Shown: positions 7,148 to 16,864 of the stretch, piece by piece | How positions within the stretch are numbered: position 1 is the stretch's first letter | Layout: the number at the start of each line of letters is the position of its first letter | From: Acinetobacter phage vB_AbaP_Acibel007 | DNA: 42,654 nt | Direction: 5' to 3' (one strand) | Sequence record: KJ473423.1 | Notes under the pieces: model-generated | What the model was told of the DNA's origin: nothing | What the model saw: only the letters and a program-made list of their open reading frames with translations | Database searches by the model: none | Translations under genes and position numbers: made by a program

Positions 7148-7937
7148 CGAATGGTTAGACCTAGCCAAGAAAGTTCCAGTAGGTCAGAAGCGCAGACATT
7201 ATCATGGGGCCGAGTTAACTAAGGCACTAGATGTATGGAACAATGAGGACTCATGGAGTGCTTACTGTCATCGGTGTCATACCTCAGCCAAGGTACGTAA
7301 ACAGTTTGTCGAACGTGTAGATGTAACCCAACCAATATACAGGCGATATCTTGATAAGGATTGTCTGATTACTTTGGAGCAGTTACATGATAAACACTTG
7401 TTCAAATTCAAGACGTTGGTCAAGCTGTTACATGATAAGGGTATGAGTACAGTCACTATCAATGATCTTAGTCCAATGTATAATACAAAGGATGATCGTC
7501 TAGTGTTCCGCTTTAAAGGTGTGGATATTGGTAGAGACTGTACAGGGTTGTCACCTGCTAAATGGCTGATTTATGATAACCCTGATCGGGAGGGTTTCGT
7601 GTACTTGCAAGGTAAAAATCCATACTGTACACGAGAACCTGTAATATTAACTGAGGATTTATTCTCTGCACAGAAGATCAGATACTATACTGGTTACTCG
7701 ACTATGTGCTTATTAGGAACTAAATTTCCAAATGAAACAGTACAGTTCTTACTCGAACGACAAGCCGTTACTGCCACCGACGGAGATTCCGCAGGGTGGA
7801 AAGCACGTCGGCTTATTAATAGTCGTTGTGAGCTTTTTGGTATCCCTTGCTCTAGTGCATATATTCCCGACGGGTTAGACCCAAAGGATATGTCACCTGA
7901 AGCATTAATTGAAACATTCAAATTCTTGGAGAATTAA
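7137..7937 (+). CDS. DNA primase (zinc-binding + TOPRIM domains)
   Basis: An N-terminal Cys/His cluster (…SAYCHRCH…). The TOPRIM glutamate lies in ILTEDLFSAQKI and the DxD in TATDGDSAG. The track start 7131 is TTG. ATG 7137 is chosen instead. Confidence 0.75.
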   Translation: MHHSEWLDLAKKVPVGQKRRHYHGAELTKALDVWNNEDSWSAYCHRCHTSAKVRKQFVERVDVTQPIYRRYLDKDCLITLEQLHDKHLFKFKTLVKLLHDKGMSTVTINDLSPMYNTKDDRLVFRFKGVDIGRDCTGLSPAKWLIYDNPDREGFVYLQGKNPYCTREPVILTEDLFSAQKIRYYTGYSTMCLLGTKFPNETVQFLLERQAVTATDGDSAGWKARRLINSRCELFGIPCSSAYIPDGLDPKDMSPEALIETFKFLEN

Positions 7938-8166
7938 TATGCGTGCTGTATTCGTACTACCTAAAACACATGCGGAACTTAATCAGTGTATCCCTACTTC
8001 GATCAACAAACTTCAGTGATGCTACGGGAGATAAATGTGGGCAGCTTGGTAAACGTGTAACTGTTTGGTTAAATACAAAGACTTACCACCTACATACCTA
8101 TCTTGTGTTTCCACACACACAAGTAACACCAAATCAATTAGCAGGTCTACTACAGGGGTTATAAAA

Positions 8167-9504
8167 ATGTCAGACTTAAACCTACTCCGATGTATGATGG
8201 AGCGTAAGTCTTATCAATCGGCATTTGCATCCATCCCACAAGAAATGTATGACTTAACTACTCGTGCATTCCTTGCTTGGTTCAAACTGTATTACAAGCA
8301 TTATGAAGATCATGAGCGTGTTGATGTAGACACCTTGAGTAGCTTCATTCGTTTGAAAGGTAATCAATCTCAGGAACAGCTAAAGCTGACTGACCGATTA
8401 CTCAAGCAGTTACGTGAGCCATTGGATGATGCAGTCCGTGCCACAACATTAAACGCTTTGGAAGAACGTCGTCTATCAGGTGAGGCTGAGATGTTAGTCA
8501 AGCGCTATAATGATGGTGAGGAAATTGACATCATCCATGAGATGCGTAAGCTCGTACAAGCCTCGGAAGTTGCATTAGATGTACAACATGCATCATGGTG
8601 TGATACCGACGTAGGTGAGCTTATTGACGCTGATGCTGATGACTCAGGATATGTATTGGACTTCTTACCTGAAGAACTATATACCTGTATCAAAGGTATC
8701 AATGAGGGTAATAACGTAGGCGTAGCAGCACCTACAGATAAAGGTAAGACTTCGTTCTTAGTTAACCTTGCTGTATCGTTTGCTATTCAACGTCGTAACT
8801 TCATGAAGCAATGGACGATTGATCTTGAAGACCCTGAGAAGTGGTCACAGCGATTGCAAGAGAAGAATCGCTTTAGACCTGTATTATACCTTGTGAATGA
8901 GGGTACGGCTGAAGTAATCACACCGCGTGTATATCAGACAGCATTGAAAGTAACCCGTAAGGAAATGTATGAACGTCGTAAGGCAGGTACAATTACTTCA
9001 GACTTCATTGATGCTGTAGGTCGTCGTGATGCTATTCGATTGAAGAACATCCACGGTAAGTCTGTAGCGCAGGTAGCTAAGATCATTGAGGCACATGATC
9101 CGTTCTTAGTCATTACTGATATGACTGGACGTATCCGTGCTAATGGTGGCGGTGGTGGAGCTAACGATATTACACAGCTTGAAGAAGTTTGGAATGATAT
9201 GCGTATGCTTGCTGCAATGATGGACTTCATTCATGTAGGTACAGCACAGATCAGTGCCGAGGGTTTTGATAACCTGTACCCACCAGTGTCAGCATTACAG
9301 AACAGTAAGACAGGTATTCAAACCACATTGGATTTAGCATTGTGGATCGGTGCTTATGCTAACCCTGTACCTGATAATGAATTGATGCGTGGATTAGGTA
9401 CACCTAAAAACAAATTAGCAAAGAGTGGTTGTAAAGGTGGTAACCAAGTTATGACATTCTTCGAACCTGAAACAAATAATTGGGATGCGGTGACTAACTC
9501 ATGA
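8167..9504 (+). CDS. Replicative DNA helicase (DnaB/gp4 C-terminal-like)
   Basis: Walker A AAPTDKGKTSF plus a RecA-like fold. It lies immediately after the primase, as in phiKMV-like phages with split primase and helicase. ATG 8167 has an AGGGG SD. The longer upstream extension overlaps a spurious ORF. Confidence 0.8.
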   Translation: MSDLNLLRCMMERKSYQSAFASIPQEMYDLTTRAFLAWFKLYYKHYEDHERVDVDTLSSFIRLKGNQSQEQLKLTDRLLKQLREPLDDAVRATTLNALEERRLSGEAEMLVKRYNDGEEIDIIHEMRKLVQASEVALDVQHASWCDTDVGELIDADADDSGYVLDFLPEELYTCIKGINEGNNVGVAAPTDKGKTSFLVNLAVSFAIQRRNFMKQWTIDLEDPEKWSQRLQEKNRFRPVLYLVNEGTAEVITPRVYQTALKVTRKEMYERRKAGTITSDFIDAVGRRDAIRLKNIHGKSVAQVAKIIEAHDPFLVITDMTGRIRANGGGGGANDITQLEEVWNDMRMLAAMMDFIHVGTAQISAEGFDNLYPPVSALQNSKTGIQTTLDLALWIGAYANPVPDNELMRGLGTPKNKLAKSGCKGGNQVMTFFEPETNNWDAVTNS

Positions 9505-10274
9505 AAACAGGTGATGATGTAAAATGTATTAATAACTTTGGTATTTGGACGCTACGTGAGGGGCATGTATATCGTGTCCTTGATGTACGTAATACAGTAA
9601 TCCAAGTCCAAGGTAAACACGGTTGCACTAACTGGTACAAGAAAGATCGTTTCGTTAAAATTAAAGAGGGTAATCACATGGGTACATTAACTAAATCTGA
9701 AGTTAAAGTAGGCGATAAAGTAGTACGTATCAGTGGTACTGGGTTACGAGTAGGTGCGGAGTTCACAGTCATTGGTGTGCGTCCTGATGGTGCTGCTGTA
9801 CGTTTACAGGGTCAAGGTAGTGGTTGGTTCTGCATGAGTACATTCTCTATTGTAGAGCGTGTGAAGCCTCAACCGAACGTACTCACAGATGATCAAGTGT
9901 TTAAGTATTTAGCTGACGGTGTTGAACTTGAATACTTCTTCGATGATGTTTGGCACAAGATCGATAACCCGAAAGGTGTTAGTATCCAATTCATTCAAAC
10001 TACACAGTTCCGTAAGAAGCGTGAGTTAATGGAAGTGAATGGTATTGAAGTACCTAAAGGTAGTATGCGTGCAGTTCTCTTTGATGAGAAAGGTATCGGT
10101 TACGGGGTATCTTTTAATAAACGTGAAGTGTACAAAGCACCTCTTAAACAATTGGGACTCTGTGGTACTATGTATTGGACTGACCCTCAAGAAGCTCAAG
10201 AGGTATTGGAAGCATTACTCAAACCATTTGGTATGTATGCTAAACCTTTGAAATCAAACCTATTGGGGTCTTAA
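9501..10274 (+). CDS. Hypothetical protein with internal duplicated small beta-barrel-like repeat (257 aa)
   Basis: ATGA overlap with the helicase. Two ~35-aa segments share a G-D-x-V...V..V..QG pattern (aa 3-39 and 69-105). Confidence 0.55.
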   Translation: MKTGDDVKCINNFGIWTLREGHVYRVLDVRNTVIQVQGKHGCTNWYKKDRFVKIKEGNHMGTLTKSEVKVGDKVVRISGTGLRVGAEFTVIGVRPDGAAVRLQGQGSGWFCMSTFSIVERVKPQPNVLTDDQVFKYLADGVELEYFFDDVWHKIDNPKGVSIQFIQTTQFRKKRELMEVNGIEVPKGSMRAVLFDEKGIGYGVSFNKREVYKAPLKQLGLCGTMYWTDPQEAQEVLEALLKPFGMYAKPLKSNLLGS

Positions 10275-10275
10275 T

Positions 10276-11271
10276 ATGGACTTAGCATTTGTCGCTGATT
10301 ACTTGGCTAATCGCAAGAACCCTGTACAACTTGTCAAACATTTTGATGAAGTTAATGAAAAGAACATCAAATACCCACTGATCGGACAGCTTAAATATGA
10401 CGGCATTTATTGTTTACTTGTGTGCATTGGCTCTGAACTTCAGTTGTTTAGTCGTGTGGGCAAACCTCTCTACATGGAGAACCTCAACGGTTTTATGGAT
10501 GGTCAGCTTTGCAATCTTGCTGATGGTGTGTATATCGGGGAACTATGTACTAATGAGTTATCTTTAGAGGTGCTTAGTGGTTATGTATCACCTAACCGTA
10601 AGAAGCCGTGGGATGACGTAGGGACGCATAAGATCGGTGAACTAGGTTACATAGCATTCCATGATTACTTAACGGTAGATGAGCTGTTAGACGGTCACAG
10701 CGATACATCCTATCGTAACCGTTACTCAAACTTAGAAAACCGTTTGCAGAATGCAGCTATCGTTGGGTACACGGTGAAGTCTACACTGATCTATGATCGT
10801 GAACAGGCTGATGCTTACGCTGAAGACTTAATTAAACGTGGGCATGAGGGTGCTGTCTTTAAAGACCCTAATGCAGATTGGGAAGCAGGTCATAAAGGTT
10901 ATCGTGCAATGAAGATTGTACGTGGTATCCCTCCTCTTGATCTTCTATGTGTAGGTGTTGTCTATGGTAAGGGTAAACGAGCAGGTCAAATTGCTGCTCT
11001 ACGCTTCACCATGCACGGTAATGAGTTCAATGCTGATCTTGGTAAGGGTTGGACAGATGAACGTCGTGATCTACTAACACTCGCTTACCAAGAGGATCGT
11101 GGTGAGGGTTGGGATTGCAAGGTGTATAGCGGTACGCTTAACGAAGAAATGCGTAACCCTGTAGGTAAGATTTGGGAACTCAAAGCATTGCAGTATAGCT
11201 CAACTGGTAAGGCATTACGTCTACCAAAGGTTGTACGAGTACGTGAAGATAAGGAGACTCCTGATGCTTAA
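10276..11271 (+). CDS. ATP-dependent DNA ligase
   Basis: Adenylation motif QLKYDGIY (KxDG) and an EGAVFK motif. The size and position match the T7 gp1.3 family. Confidence 0.85.
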   Translation: MDLAFVADYLANRKNPVQLVKHFDEVNEKNIKYPLIGQLKYDGIYCLLVCIGSELQLFSRVGKPLYMENLNGFMDGQLCNLADGVYIGELCTNELSLEVLSGYVSPNRKKPWDDVGTHKIGELGYIAFHDYLTVDELLDGHSDTSYRNRYSNLENRLQNAAIVGYTVKSTLIYDREQADAYAEDLIKRGHEGAVFKDPNADWEAGHKGYRAMKIVRGIPPLDLLCVGVVYGKGKRAGQIAALRFTMHGNEFNADLGKGWTDERRDLLTLAYQEDRGEGWDCKVYSGTLNEEMRNPVGKIWELKALQYSSTGKALRLPKVVRVREDKETPDA

Positions 11272-11446
11272 TGTGGATGCTTTTGGTAATGAGGTAAATG
11301 AGGGTGATTCTGTGGTGTGTGTGGTGCATGAGCGTTATGGTTCAACACGGAATATACTTGTAGCAGGTAGCATTGTTAAACTTAACAAACGTACTGCTAC
11401 TATAGATATAGGTAAGCCTGATTATATCATACGTCCTAGTGATTAG
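11264..11446 (+). CDS. Hypothetical small protein (60 aa)
   Basis: ATG 11264 with AAGGAG 6 nt upstream. It overlaps the ligase stop. Confidence 0.45.
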   Translation: MLNVDAFGNEVNEGDSVVCVVHERYGSTRNILVAGSIVKLNKRTATIDIGKPDYIIRPSD

Positions 11447-11503
11447 TTTCATAAGGTAACGTGTCCATAATGTAAAGTTATGTAACTAACAGTCTGAAAA
11501 TAA

Positions 11504-11541
11504 CGTGTTTGAGGTTTTATAAGTATATGATTTCAAACACG
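11504..11541 (+). other. 9-bp perfect inverted repeat (CGTGTTTGA / TCAAACACG) hairpin immediately upstream of 25-bp element copy A
   Basis: Bases 11504-11512 are the reverse complement of 11533-11541. The loop is 20 nt. Confidence 0.4.
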
Positions 11542-11544
11542 AAT

Positions 11545-11569
11545 ATTAGAAGATAGACGTATAAGATAG
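11545..11569 (+). promoter_or_regulatory. Conserved 25-bp element ATTAGAAGATAGACGTATAAGATAG, copy A (candidate phage RNAP promoter), 25 nt upstream of the DNA polymerase ATG
   Basis: Identical at 25/25 to 22503-22527. It contains two AGATAG words 13 bp apart, and a TATAAG that resembles the -4..+1 TATAG of T7/SP6/K11-class promoters, with an AT-rich ATTAG at the 5' end. Confidence 0.5.
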
Positions 11570-11593
11570 ATAGAATCCACATAAGGAAACTGT

Positions 11594-13900
11594 ATGTTTA
11601 AACATAATTTCTTTATCCATGACTATGAAAACCAAAACCATCCTTGGTACGGTTCAATAGCATCACCACATTGTCCTGATAACTATATTGTAGCTACTGG
11701 ATATTGTATTGATGGGGGTGACATACAAGCACATTACTTTGATAGTGATGAAGAAGCTAAGTCACATAAATGGATTGACAAGTTACAAGATTGTAAGATG
11801 TATGTAGCACATAACGCTACGTTTGAAATCCAATGGATGTTACGAACTTATCCTACTCAATTCTTAGATTGGATTAAGAAAGGTGGTAAGGTATTCTGTA
11901 CACAATATGCAGAGTATATGTTAACCCATCAACTTGAGATGTATCCTAAGCTTGAAGACTGTGCTATTAAGTATGGTGGTTCTAAGAAGATTGATGAAGT
12001 TAAATTACTTTGGGAACAAGGTGTATTAACTGCTGACATTGACAAAGCTCTACTGATGAAATACTTAGCAGACCCTAAACTTGGTGACGTAGCGAATACT
12101 CGTCGTGTATGCTTCAGTCAAGTAGCTTTGTTACGTAAACACGGTATGTGGGATATGTTCATGGAACGTATGAACTCACTACTGTTTAACGCTATTGCTA
12201 GTTACCACGGCTTATATGTGGATATGGAAGTAGCTAAGCGTAACCAACAAGCTCAGGAAATTGAAATTGAAAATATTAAAGCGTCCATCTTGGATATGTT
12301 ACCTGCTGATCTTCCTGACGACTTTGAGTTCTCATTCACATCCGCATACCACTTGTCGGCATTCTTGTTCGGAGGTACGATTCAGTACAAAGCGAAAGTA
12401 AGTTATGACCCTATCAAGTATGTGAAGAAAGACTGCTATCAATTTGGTGATAAGTTTGTACCTGTCACTGATGATGAATCTATACTTGTACAGTATGAGC
12501 TTGTGTATGGTGAGGCTTTACGCTTTCTACGTGGTAAGAATGCAGGGCAGTTAAAGATAGTTAAAGTAGAGACTGCTGAGGAACTTCTGAAGTGGGGTGA
12601 TAAACAATACCGCTTCAAAGGTTTACTTGATTTCGATACACTACCTAAGATTGTGTCTGAAGCTTATGTAGGTAAGCGTGCTGAGTTCCGTGGTAAACGA
12701 GAGCTTGTAGATGGTACGCCAATCTACAGTACAGGTAAGGATAGTCTCGATGTACTTGCAGCTCATACGGATGTTGCAAAGCCATTGAAGAACTTAGCTG
12801 CACTTATCAAAGACACCACTACTTATTACCTTGTCGTTGATGACAAAGGTAAAGAGTCGGGTATGCTTCAATTCGTAGAGCCTAACGGTATCATTCATCA
12901 TCAACTTAACAACTGTGCAACTATTACAGGTCGCTTGTCAGGTAGTAAGCCTAACATGCAGAATATTCCTCGTGATGGTACATCTAAAGTTAAGGAGATG
13001 TTTAGCTCACGCTTTGGTGTTAATGGACGTATCGTTGAGGTCGATTATTCTGCTCTTGAAGTTGTAGCCCTAGCCAGTATCTCAGGTGATAAGAACTTGA
13101 TGCGGATGCTGATTGAGGGTATCGACATGCACTGTTATCGTCTAGCTGCAAAGCTTGGTGAAGACTATGAAAGTGTATTCGAGAAATGCCACAACAAAGA
13201 ACACCCTGAGCATAAGCAATACAAGCAATGGCGTACAGATATTAAACCTCGTGCCTTTGCTCACCAATATGGTGCATCTGCTGAGGGTATCGCATTTAGT
13301 ACAGGTTGTACCTTAGAGGATGCACAAGAGTTCAAGAACATTGAGTTTGAATTGTTCCCTGAATCTAACGCATTCCCTGCTAAGTTTGTACGACCGATGG
13401 TAGAGGAAACAGGAAATGCTGCACAACCCATTCGTGAGTTTGATGAAGAAAGTGGTCGTTATAATGTGTATCGTCGGGGTTACTTTCAAGCGAAGTCAGG
13501 TACTTGCTACTCATTCCGTCAATATGATAAATGGGATAAAGAGCTTCGTATTACCGTCAAAGACTACAAAGACACACAGATTGCAAACTACTGGTGTCAA
13601 GGTGAAGCATCCTTTATTGTTCAAGCTGCTTGTGGGCGAGTCATCCGTGAACTCATTAAACGAGATTTTGCAGATGGATTGGTCGTGCCGATCAATACCG
13701 TACACGATGCAATCTACTTGGATTGTGCAACGGAAGCACTTGCTAAAGAATACGGGGCGTTGGTAAGGGATATTATGGAGGCTACTCCTAAGTACCTTGC
13801 TGAAGTTATCCCTGCACTTAAAGATTGGAACTATCACTTAACACCATTCCCTGCTGCTGCTGAATGTGGGGTTAACATGATGAACAAAGAGGATATTTAA
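11594..13900 (+). CDS. DNA polymerase, family A (T7 gp5-like)
   Basis: Pol I motifs TGRLSGSKPNMQNIP (motif A region) and NTVHDAIYLD (motif C). An N-terminal 3'-5' exonuclease-like region. 768 aa. Confidence 0.95.
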   Translation: MFKHNFFIHDYENQNHPWYGSIASPHCPDNYIVATGYCIDGGDIQAHYFDSDEEAKSHKWIDKLQDCKMYVAHNATFEIQWMLRTYPTQFLDWIKKGGKVFCTQYAEYMLTHQLEMYPKLEDCAIKYGGSKKIDEVKLLWEQGVLTADIDKALLMKYLADPKLGDVANTRRVCFSQVALLRKHGMWDMFMERMNSLLFNAIASYHGLYVDMEVAKRNQQAQEIEIENIKASILDMLPADLPDDFEFSFTSAYHLSAFLFGGTIQYKAKVSYDPIKYVKKDCYQFGDKFVPVTDDESILVQYELVYGEALRFLRGKNAGQLKIVKVETAEELLKWGDKQYRFKGLLDFDTLPKIVSEAYVGKRAEFRGKRELVDGTPIYSTGKDSLDVLAAHTDVAKPLKNLAALIKDTTTYYLVVDDKGKESGMLQFVEPNGIIHHQLNNCATITGRLSGSKPNMQNIPRDGTSKVKEMFSSRFGVNGRIVEVDYSALEVVALASISGDKNLMRMLIEGIDMHCYRLAAKLGEDYESVFEKCHNKEHPEHKQYKQWRTDIKPRAFAHQYGASAEGIAFSTGCTLEDAQEFKNIEFELFPESNAFPAKFVRPMVEETGNAAQPIREFDEESGRYNVYRRGYFQAKSGTCYSFRQYDKWDKELRITVKDYKDTQIANYWCQGEASFIVQAACGRVIRELIKRDFADGLVVPINTVHDAIYLDCATEALAKEYGALVRDIMEATPKYLAEVIPALKDWNYHLTPFPAAAECGVNMMNKEDI

Positions 13901-14523
13901 TGCATATTGCATCCACTATGCCACAGGGTATATTCTGCCCGTTACCTGCTGTCAGTAACTTAGAGTTCTGTAACTTCACTTACATGTGTGTTCGTGACCC
14001 TCTTGCATTTGAGGGTGCATTACGAGTACCTGAGAACTTACAGGATATAGTTATCCCACTGTTATCTTTGATACTGGATAAGGTAGACACGGATGATTAC
14101 ATTTATGTCACAGTTAGTCGTAAACACCTACAACCTAACACATGCGGTAATCGAGCAGGTTGGCATGTGGATGGTTTCCTAAGTGATGATCAATCATTTA
14201 TTTGGTTCGATAAGTTACCTACTCAAATTGCATTGGGTGGCTTTGAGGTTAGCCCTGATCATGAACAATCATTAGAGCAGTTTGATGCCCAAGTAGATTA
14301 CGGGAATATACAGTACACTGAACCTGCTATGTTGTACGAATTAAAAGATTGTGTACATCGACCAGTCTTCAACCACACTAATGACGTTCAGTTGCGTACC
14401 TTTGTTAAGATCGTAATTAGTAAAGAACGTTTCAATGGTATAGGTAATGCTTGGAATTACCTACTACCACACATCAAACCTACTAAACAGCGTGGTGAGT
14501 CTCGTAACCACACTGTAGTTTAA
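13900..14523 (+). CDS. Hypothetical protein (207 aa)
   Basis: TAATG overlap with the polymerase and an AAGAGG SD. Confidence 0.6.
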   Translation: MHIASTMPQGIFCPLPAVSNLEFCNFTYMCVRDPLAFEGALRVPENLQDIVIPLLSLILDKVDTDDYIYVTVSRKHLQPNTCGNRAGWHVDGFLSDDQSFIWFDKLPTQIALGGFEVSPDHEQSLEQFDAQVDYGNIQYTEPAMLYELKDCVHRPVFNHTNDVQLRTFVKIVISKERFNGIGNAWNYLLPHIKPTKQRGESRNHTVV

Positions 14524-14524
14524 C

Positions 14525-14536
14525 CTGTACTCACAA
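14525..14536 (+). promoter_or_regulatory. CTGTACTCACAA motif, copy 3, intergenic, 34 nt upstream of ATG 14570
   Basis: Exact core. It is followed by CTCAAT, as in copy 4. Confidence 0.45.
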
Positions 14537-14569
14537 CTCAATTCTTAAATTTATATCGGAGATTATTTC

Positions 14570-15496
14570 ATGACTCAATCAGCTATCAACTTCTTAGACC
14601 TTGCACACGGTATCGACGTAACTACTCTTGACGACATGACTGATGTTTCATCAGGTGGTGGTGCTAAACGTGGTTTATTACCCGCAGGTGTAGCTTTTGT
14701 AGTATTCAGTTCATACATTGAGTATGGTAACCAACCACAAACTTTTGAGGGTAAAGCTAAAGACCCGCTACCTGAGTTCCGTTTAGGCTTCCACGTTGTA
14801 GGTGGCGTAGGTACTAACAAAGAGGGTGAGCTTGAAGATTATGTGCAAGATGGTTTCTGCCCTACAATCAACGCATTCGATTGTAAGTTGAGTACGAATG
14901 AGAAAGCCCGTGCTGTTGCGTACTTCAATGCGATTAACATTGCACCTAAAGGTACACACTTCATTCAGAAGTTAGGTACATTATACACAGTGGAAATTAA
15001 GATCGGTAAGAATAAGAAGACTGGTAAAGATCAGAACGAAATTGACTTCCGTAACTTACAACCCGCTGTGGATGCTGCAACACGTAAACCATATACCACA
15101 TACTGTAATGCTGCTGATGAAGTAGTACCTATGGGCGTAGTTAAACCTGAAGATGTTAAAGTCTTCTTATGGAATAAACCACCATCGGTTACTAGCGAAC
15201 AGTATCAAGCTATGTGGGATAGTATTGAAATTAAAGGTGAGTATGAAGTTAAGGATGCTGATGGTAAAGTAACTGGTAAGAAGTCTAAAAACTTCATCCA
15301 AGAGAAATGCTTATCCGCTCTGAACTTTGCAGGTTCAAGCCTAGAGCAGTTATTATCAGGAGGTGTTATGCCACCTCTTGACGCTGATGAAGCTGAGGCT
15401 GCTGATACACAAGCTAAACAGGAAGCTGTTAAGGCTGAGGTTGTTGAAGAACCTGAATCTGAAAATGAAGTTGCATTGGATGTTCCTGACCTCTAA
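14570..15496 (+). CDS. Hypothetical protein with strongly acidic C-terminal tail; possible ssDNA-binding protein
   Basis: The C-terminal ~45 aa are about 40% Asp/Glu (…DADEAEAADTQAKQEAVKAEVVEEPESENEVALDVPDL), which resembles the acidic tail of T7 gp2.5. The gene sits inside the replication module directly behind a motif copy. The assignment is an inference. Confidence 0.35.
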   Translation: MTQSAINFLDLAHGIDVTTLDDMTDVSSGGGAKRGLLPAGVAFVVFSSYIEYGNQPQTFEGKAKDPLPEFRLGFHVVGGVGTNKEGELEDYVQDGFCPTINAFDCKLSTNEKARAVAYFNAINIAPKGTHFIQKLGTLYTVEIKIGKNKKTGKDQNEIDFRNLQPAVDAATRKPYTTYCNAADEVVPMGVVKPEDVKVFLWNKPPSVTSEQYQAMWDSIEIKGEYEVKDADGKVTGKKSKNFIQEKCLSALNFAGSSLEQLLSGGVMPPLDADEAEAADTQAKQEAVKAEVVEEPESENEVALDVPDL

Positions 15497-15506
15497 TGTG
15501 ACCGAG

Positions 15507-15524
15507 TGAACCCTACGGGGTTCA
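15507..15524 (+). other. Hairpin TGAACCC-tacg-GGGTTCA, 10 nt after the stop of the preceding gene
   Basis: A 7-bp GC-rich stem with a 4-nt loop. It is followed by a second overlapping inverted repeat (TTCATTCACAGA / TCTCTGAATGAA). No clean U-tract follows. Confidence 0.35.
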
Positions 15525-15579
15525 TTCACAGAAGCGATCATTTGTGATTGTTTCTCTGAATGAATCATAGGAGACTTAA

Positions 15580-15903
15580 ATGACTGATACTAAACGTGCT
15601 ACTGGGCGTACTACCCGTATGATATTCAAGGTTGGTGAGTTTCTAGCTGCTAACCCTGATGAGACAGCTACCATTATAATTCACTCCCAATCGTGGGGTT
15701 GGATGCGTAACATGGTTAATAGTCTGCTCTCGTCGGATATGTCTACCCGTATTACCATTAAATCCTACAGTACATGGTCGTCATCGGGTATAGGTAAACG
15801 TCCTGATTATTTCTTTGATCACCACTGTTTTTATGACCAGTACCTACGGGCTAAAGCTACACTGGAATATGTAGAACAGGAGTACACAAAATATGACGTT
15901 TGA
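15580..15903 (+). CDS. Hypothetical protein (107 aa)
   Basis: ATG with a TAGGAG SD. Confidence 0.55.
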   Translation: MTDTKRATGRTTRMIFKVGEFLAANPDETATIIIHSQSWGWMRNMVNSLLSSDMSTRITIKSYSTWSSSGIGKRPDYFFDHHCFYDQYLRAKATLEYVEQEYTKYDV

Positions 15904-16864
15904 TCTAAGTCAATTTGGTTTAGATGCTAAGGCGTTACAATCTCAGGATACATACAAAACCTCAACGGCAGGTAGTGTTCTATTACTGGATGGTGATGGG
16001 AATGCTTACGAAGCTGCTGCGGGTAAAGCCAAACCTGAGACCGCCTTACGTCACTTTGAACGTAGTATTTATGAAGCTATGTTCCTAGCAGGTTGTGAGA
16101 AAGCACGAGTACATTTAACCCCTCGTGGATGCTTCAAGAATGGTCGTCATTTGCTGTTAGGTGTTAAGCCTTACCAACTACAGCGCAGTAACAATAAAAA
16201 GCCACCACTGGTCGCTGTGTTGCGTTCTGAACGTGCTATAGACTGGTTCGCTAACAATGATGATATTGAGATCATCCTGAACTATCAGATTGAAGCCGAC
16301 GATGCTTTGATGATCGACCATTACCGCATGACTAATGGAATCCTACTGAGTGCGGATAAGGATTTAAACTTGAGTCCTTATAAGTCATACAGTATGGATG
16401 ATGGTAAACATATAGTGCTACCTGATGGTGATACGTTTGGTTGGATTGATCGTAAGCACTGGTTAACACCAAGTCTTAAACCTGCATCTAAGATGATCGG
16501 TAAAGGTACTAAGTTCTTCTTATCTCAGATGCTCATGGGTGATACTGCTGATAACGTCAAAGGTATTATAAAGCTCAATGGTAAAGCGTGCGGTGAGGCA
16601 GGTGCTTATGAAGCCCTAGACCCTATCAAGGATAAACATGAAGCTGTGAACTTCGTTATTGAAGCTTACAAGAAGATTGATCAAAACATTATCCCTGAAG
16701 CTGAAGCTATGTGGTTATTGCGTAATGCACAAGATAACTCATTAAAGTTCTTTATGGAACATGACCTAACTGATAGTAACTTAAATTTCTTAAACGAATG
16801 CTACCATGACCGTAAATGGAAAATGGAAGCTGATGATTATGAGGGTGACCTAAATGAAATATAA
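15893..16864 (+). CDS. 5'-3' exonuclease (FEN/T7 gp6 family)
   Basis: The N-terminus LLLDGDGNAYEAAAG is PIN-like. The H3TH motif is LMGDTADNVKGI. 323 aa. Confidence 0.8.
   Translation: MTFDLSQFGLDAKALQSQDTYKTSTAGSVLLLDGDGNAYEAAAGKAKPETALRHFERSIYEAMFLAGCEKARVHLTPRGCFKNGRHLLLGVKPYQLQRSNNKKPPLVAVLRSERAIDWFANNDDIEIILNYQIEADDALMIDHYRMTNGILLSADKDLNLSPYKSYSMDDGKHIVLPDGDTFGWIDRKHWLTPSLKPASKMIGKGTKFFLSQMLMGDTADNVKGIIKLNGKACGEAGAYEALDPIKDKHEAVNFVIEAYKKIDQNIIPEAEAMWLLRNAQDNSLKFFMEHDLTDSNLNFLNECYHDRKWKMEADDYEGDLNEI

Noticed and set aside
8102-8123. 7-bp hairpin CTTGTGT…ACACAAG in the primase-helicase spacer
   Set aside because: The stem is short with no U-tract and unremarkable free energy. It is not reported as a feature.
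7943-8164. 73-aa ORF between primase and helicase, and the 5' extension of the helicase ORF from 8065
   Set aside because: There is no SD. It overlaps a better-supported helicase start (ATG 8167 with SD). The track start codons here can be GTG/TTG. It is treated as an intergenic leader.
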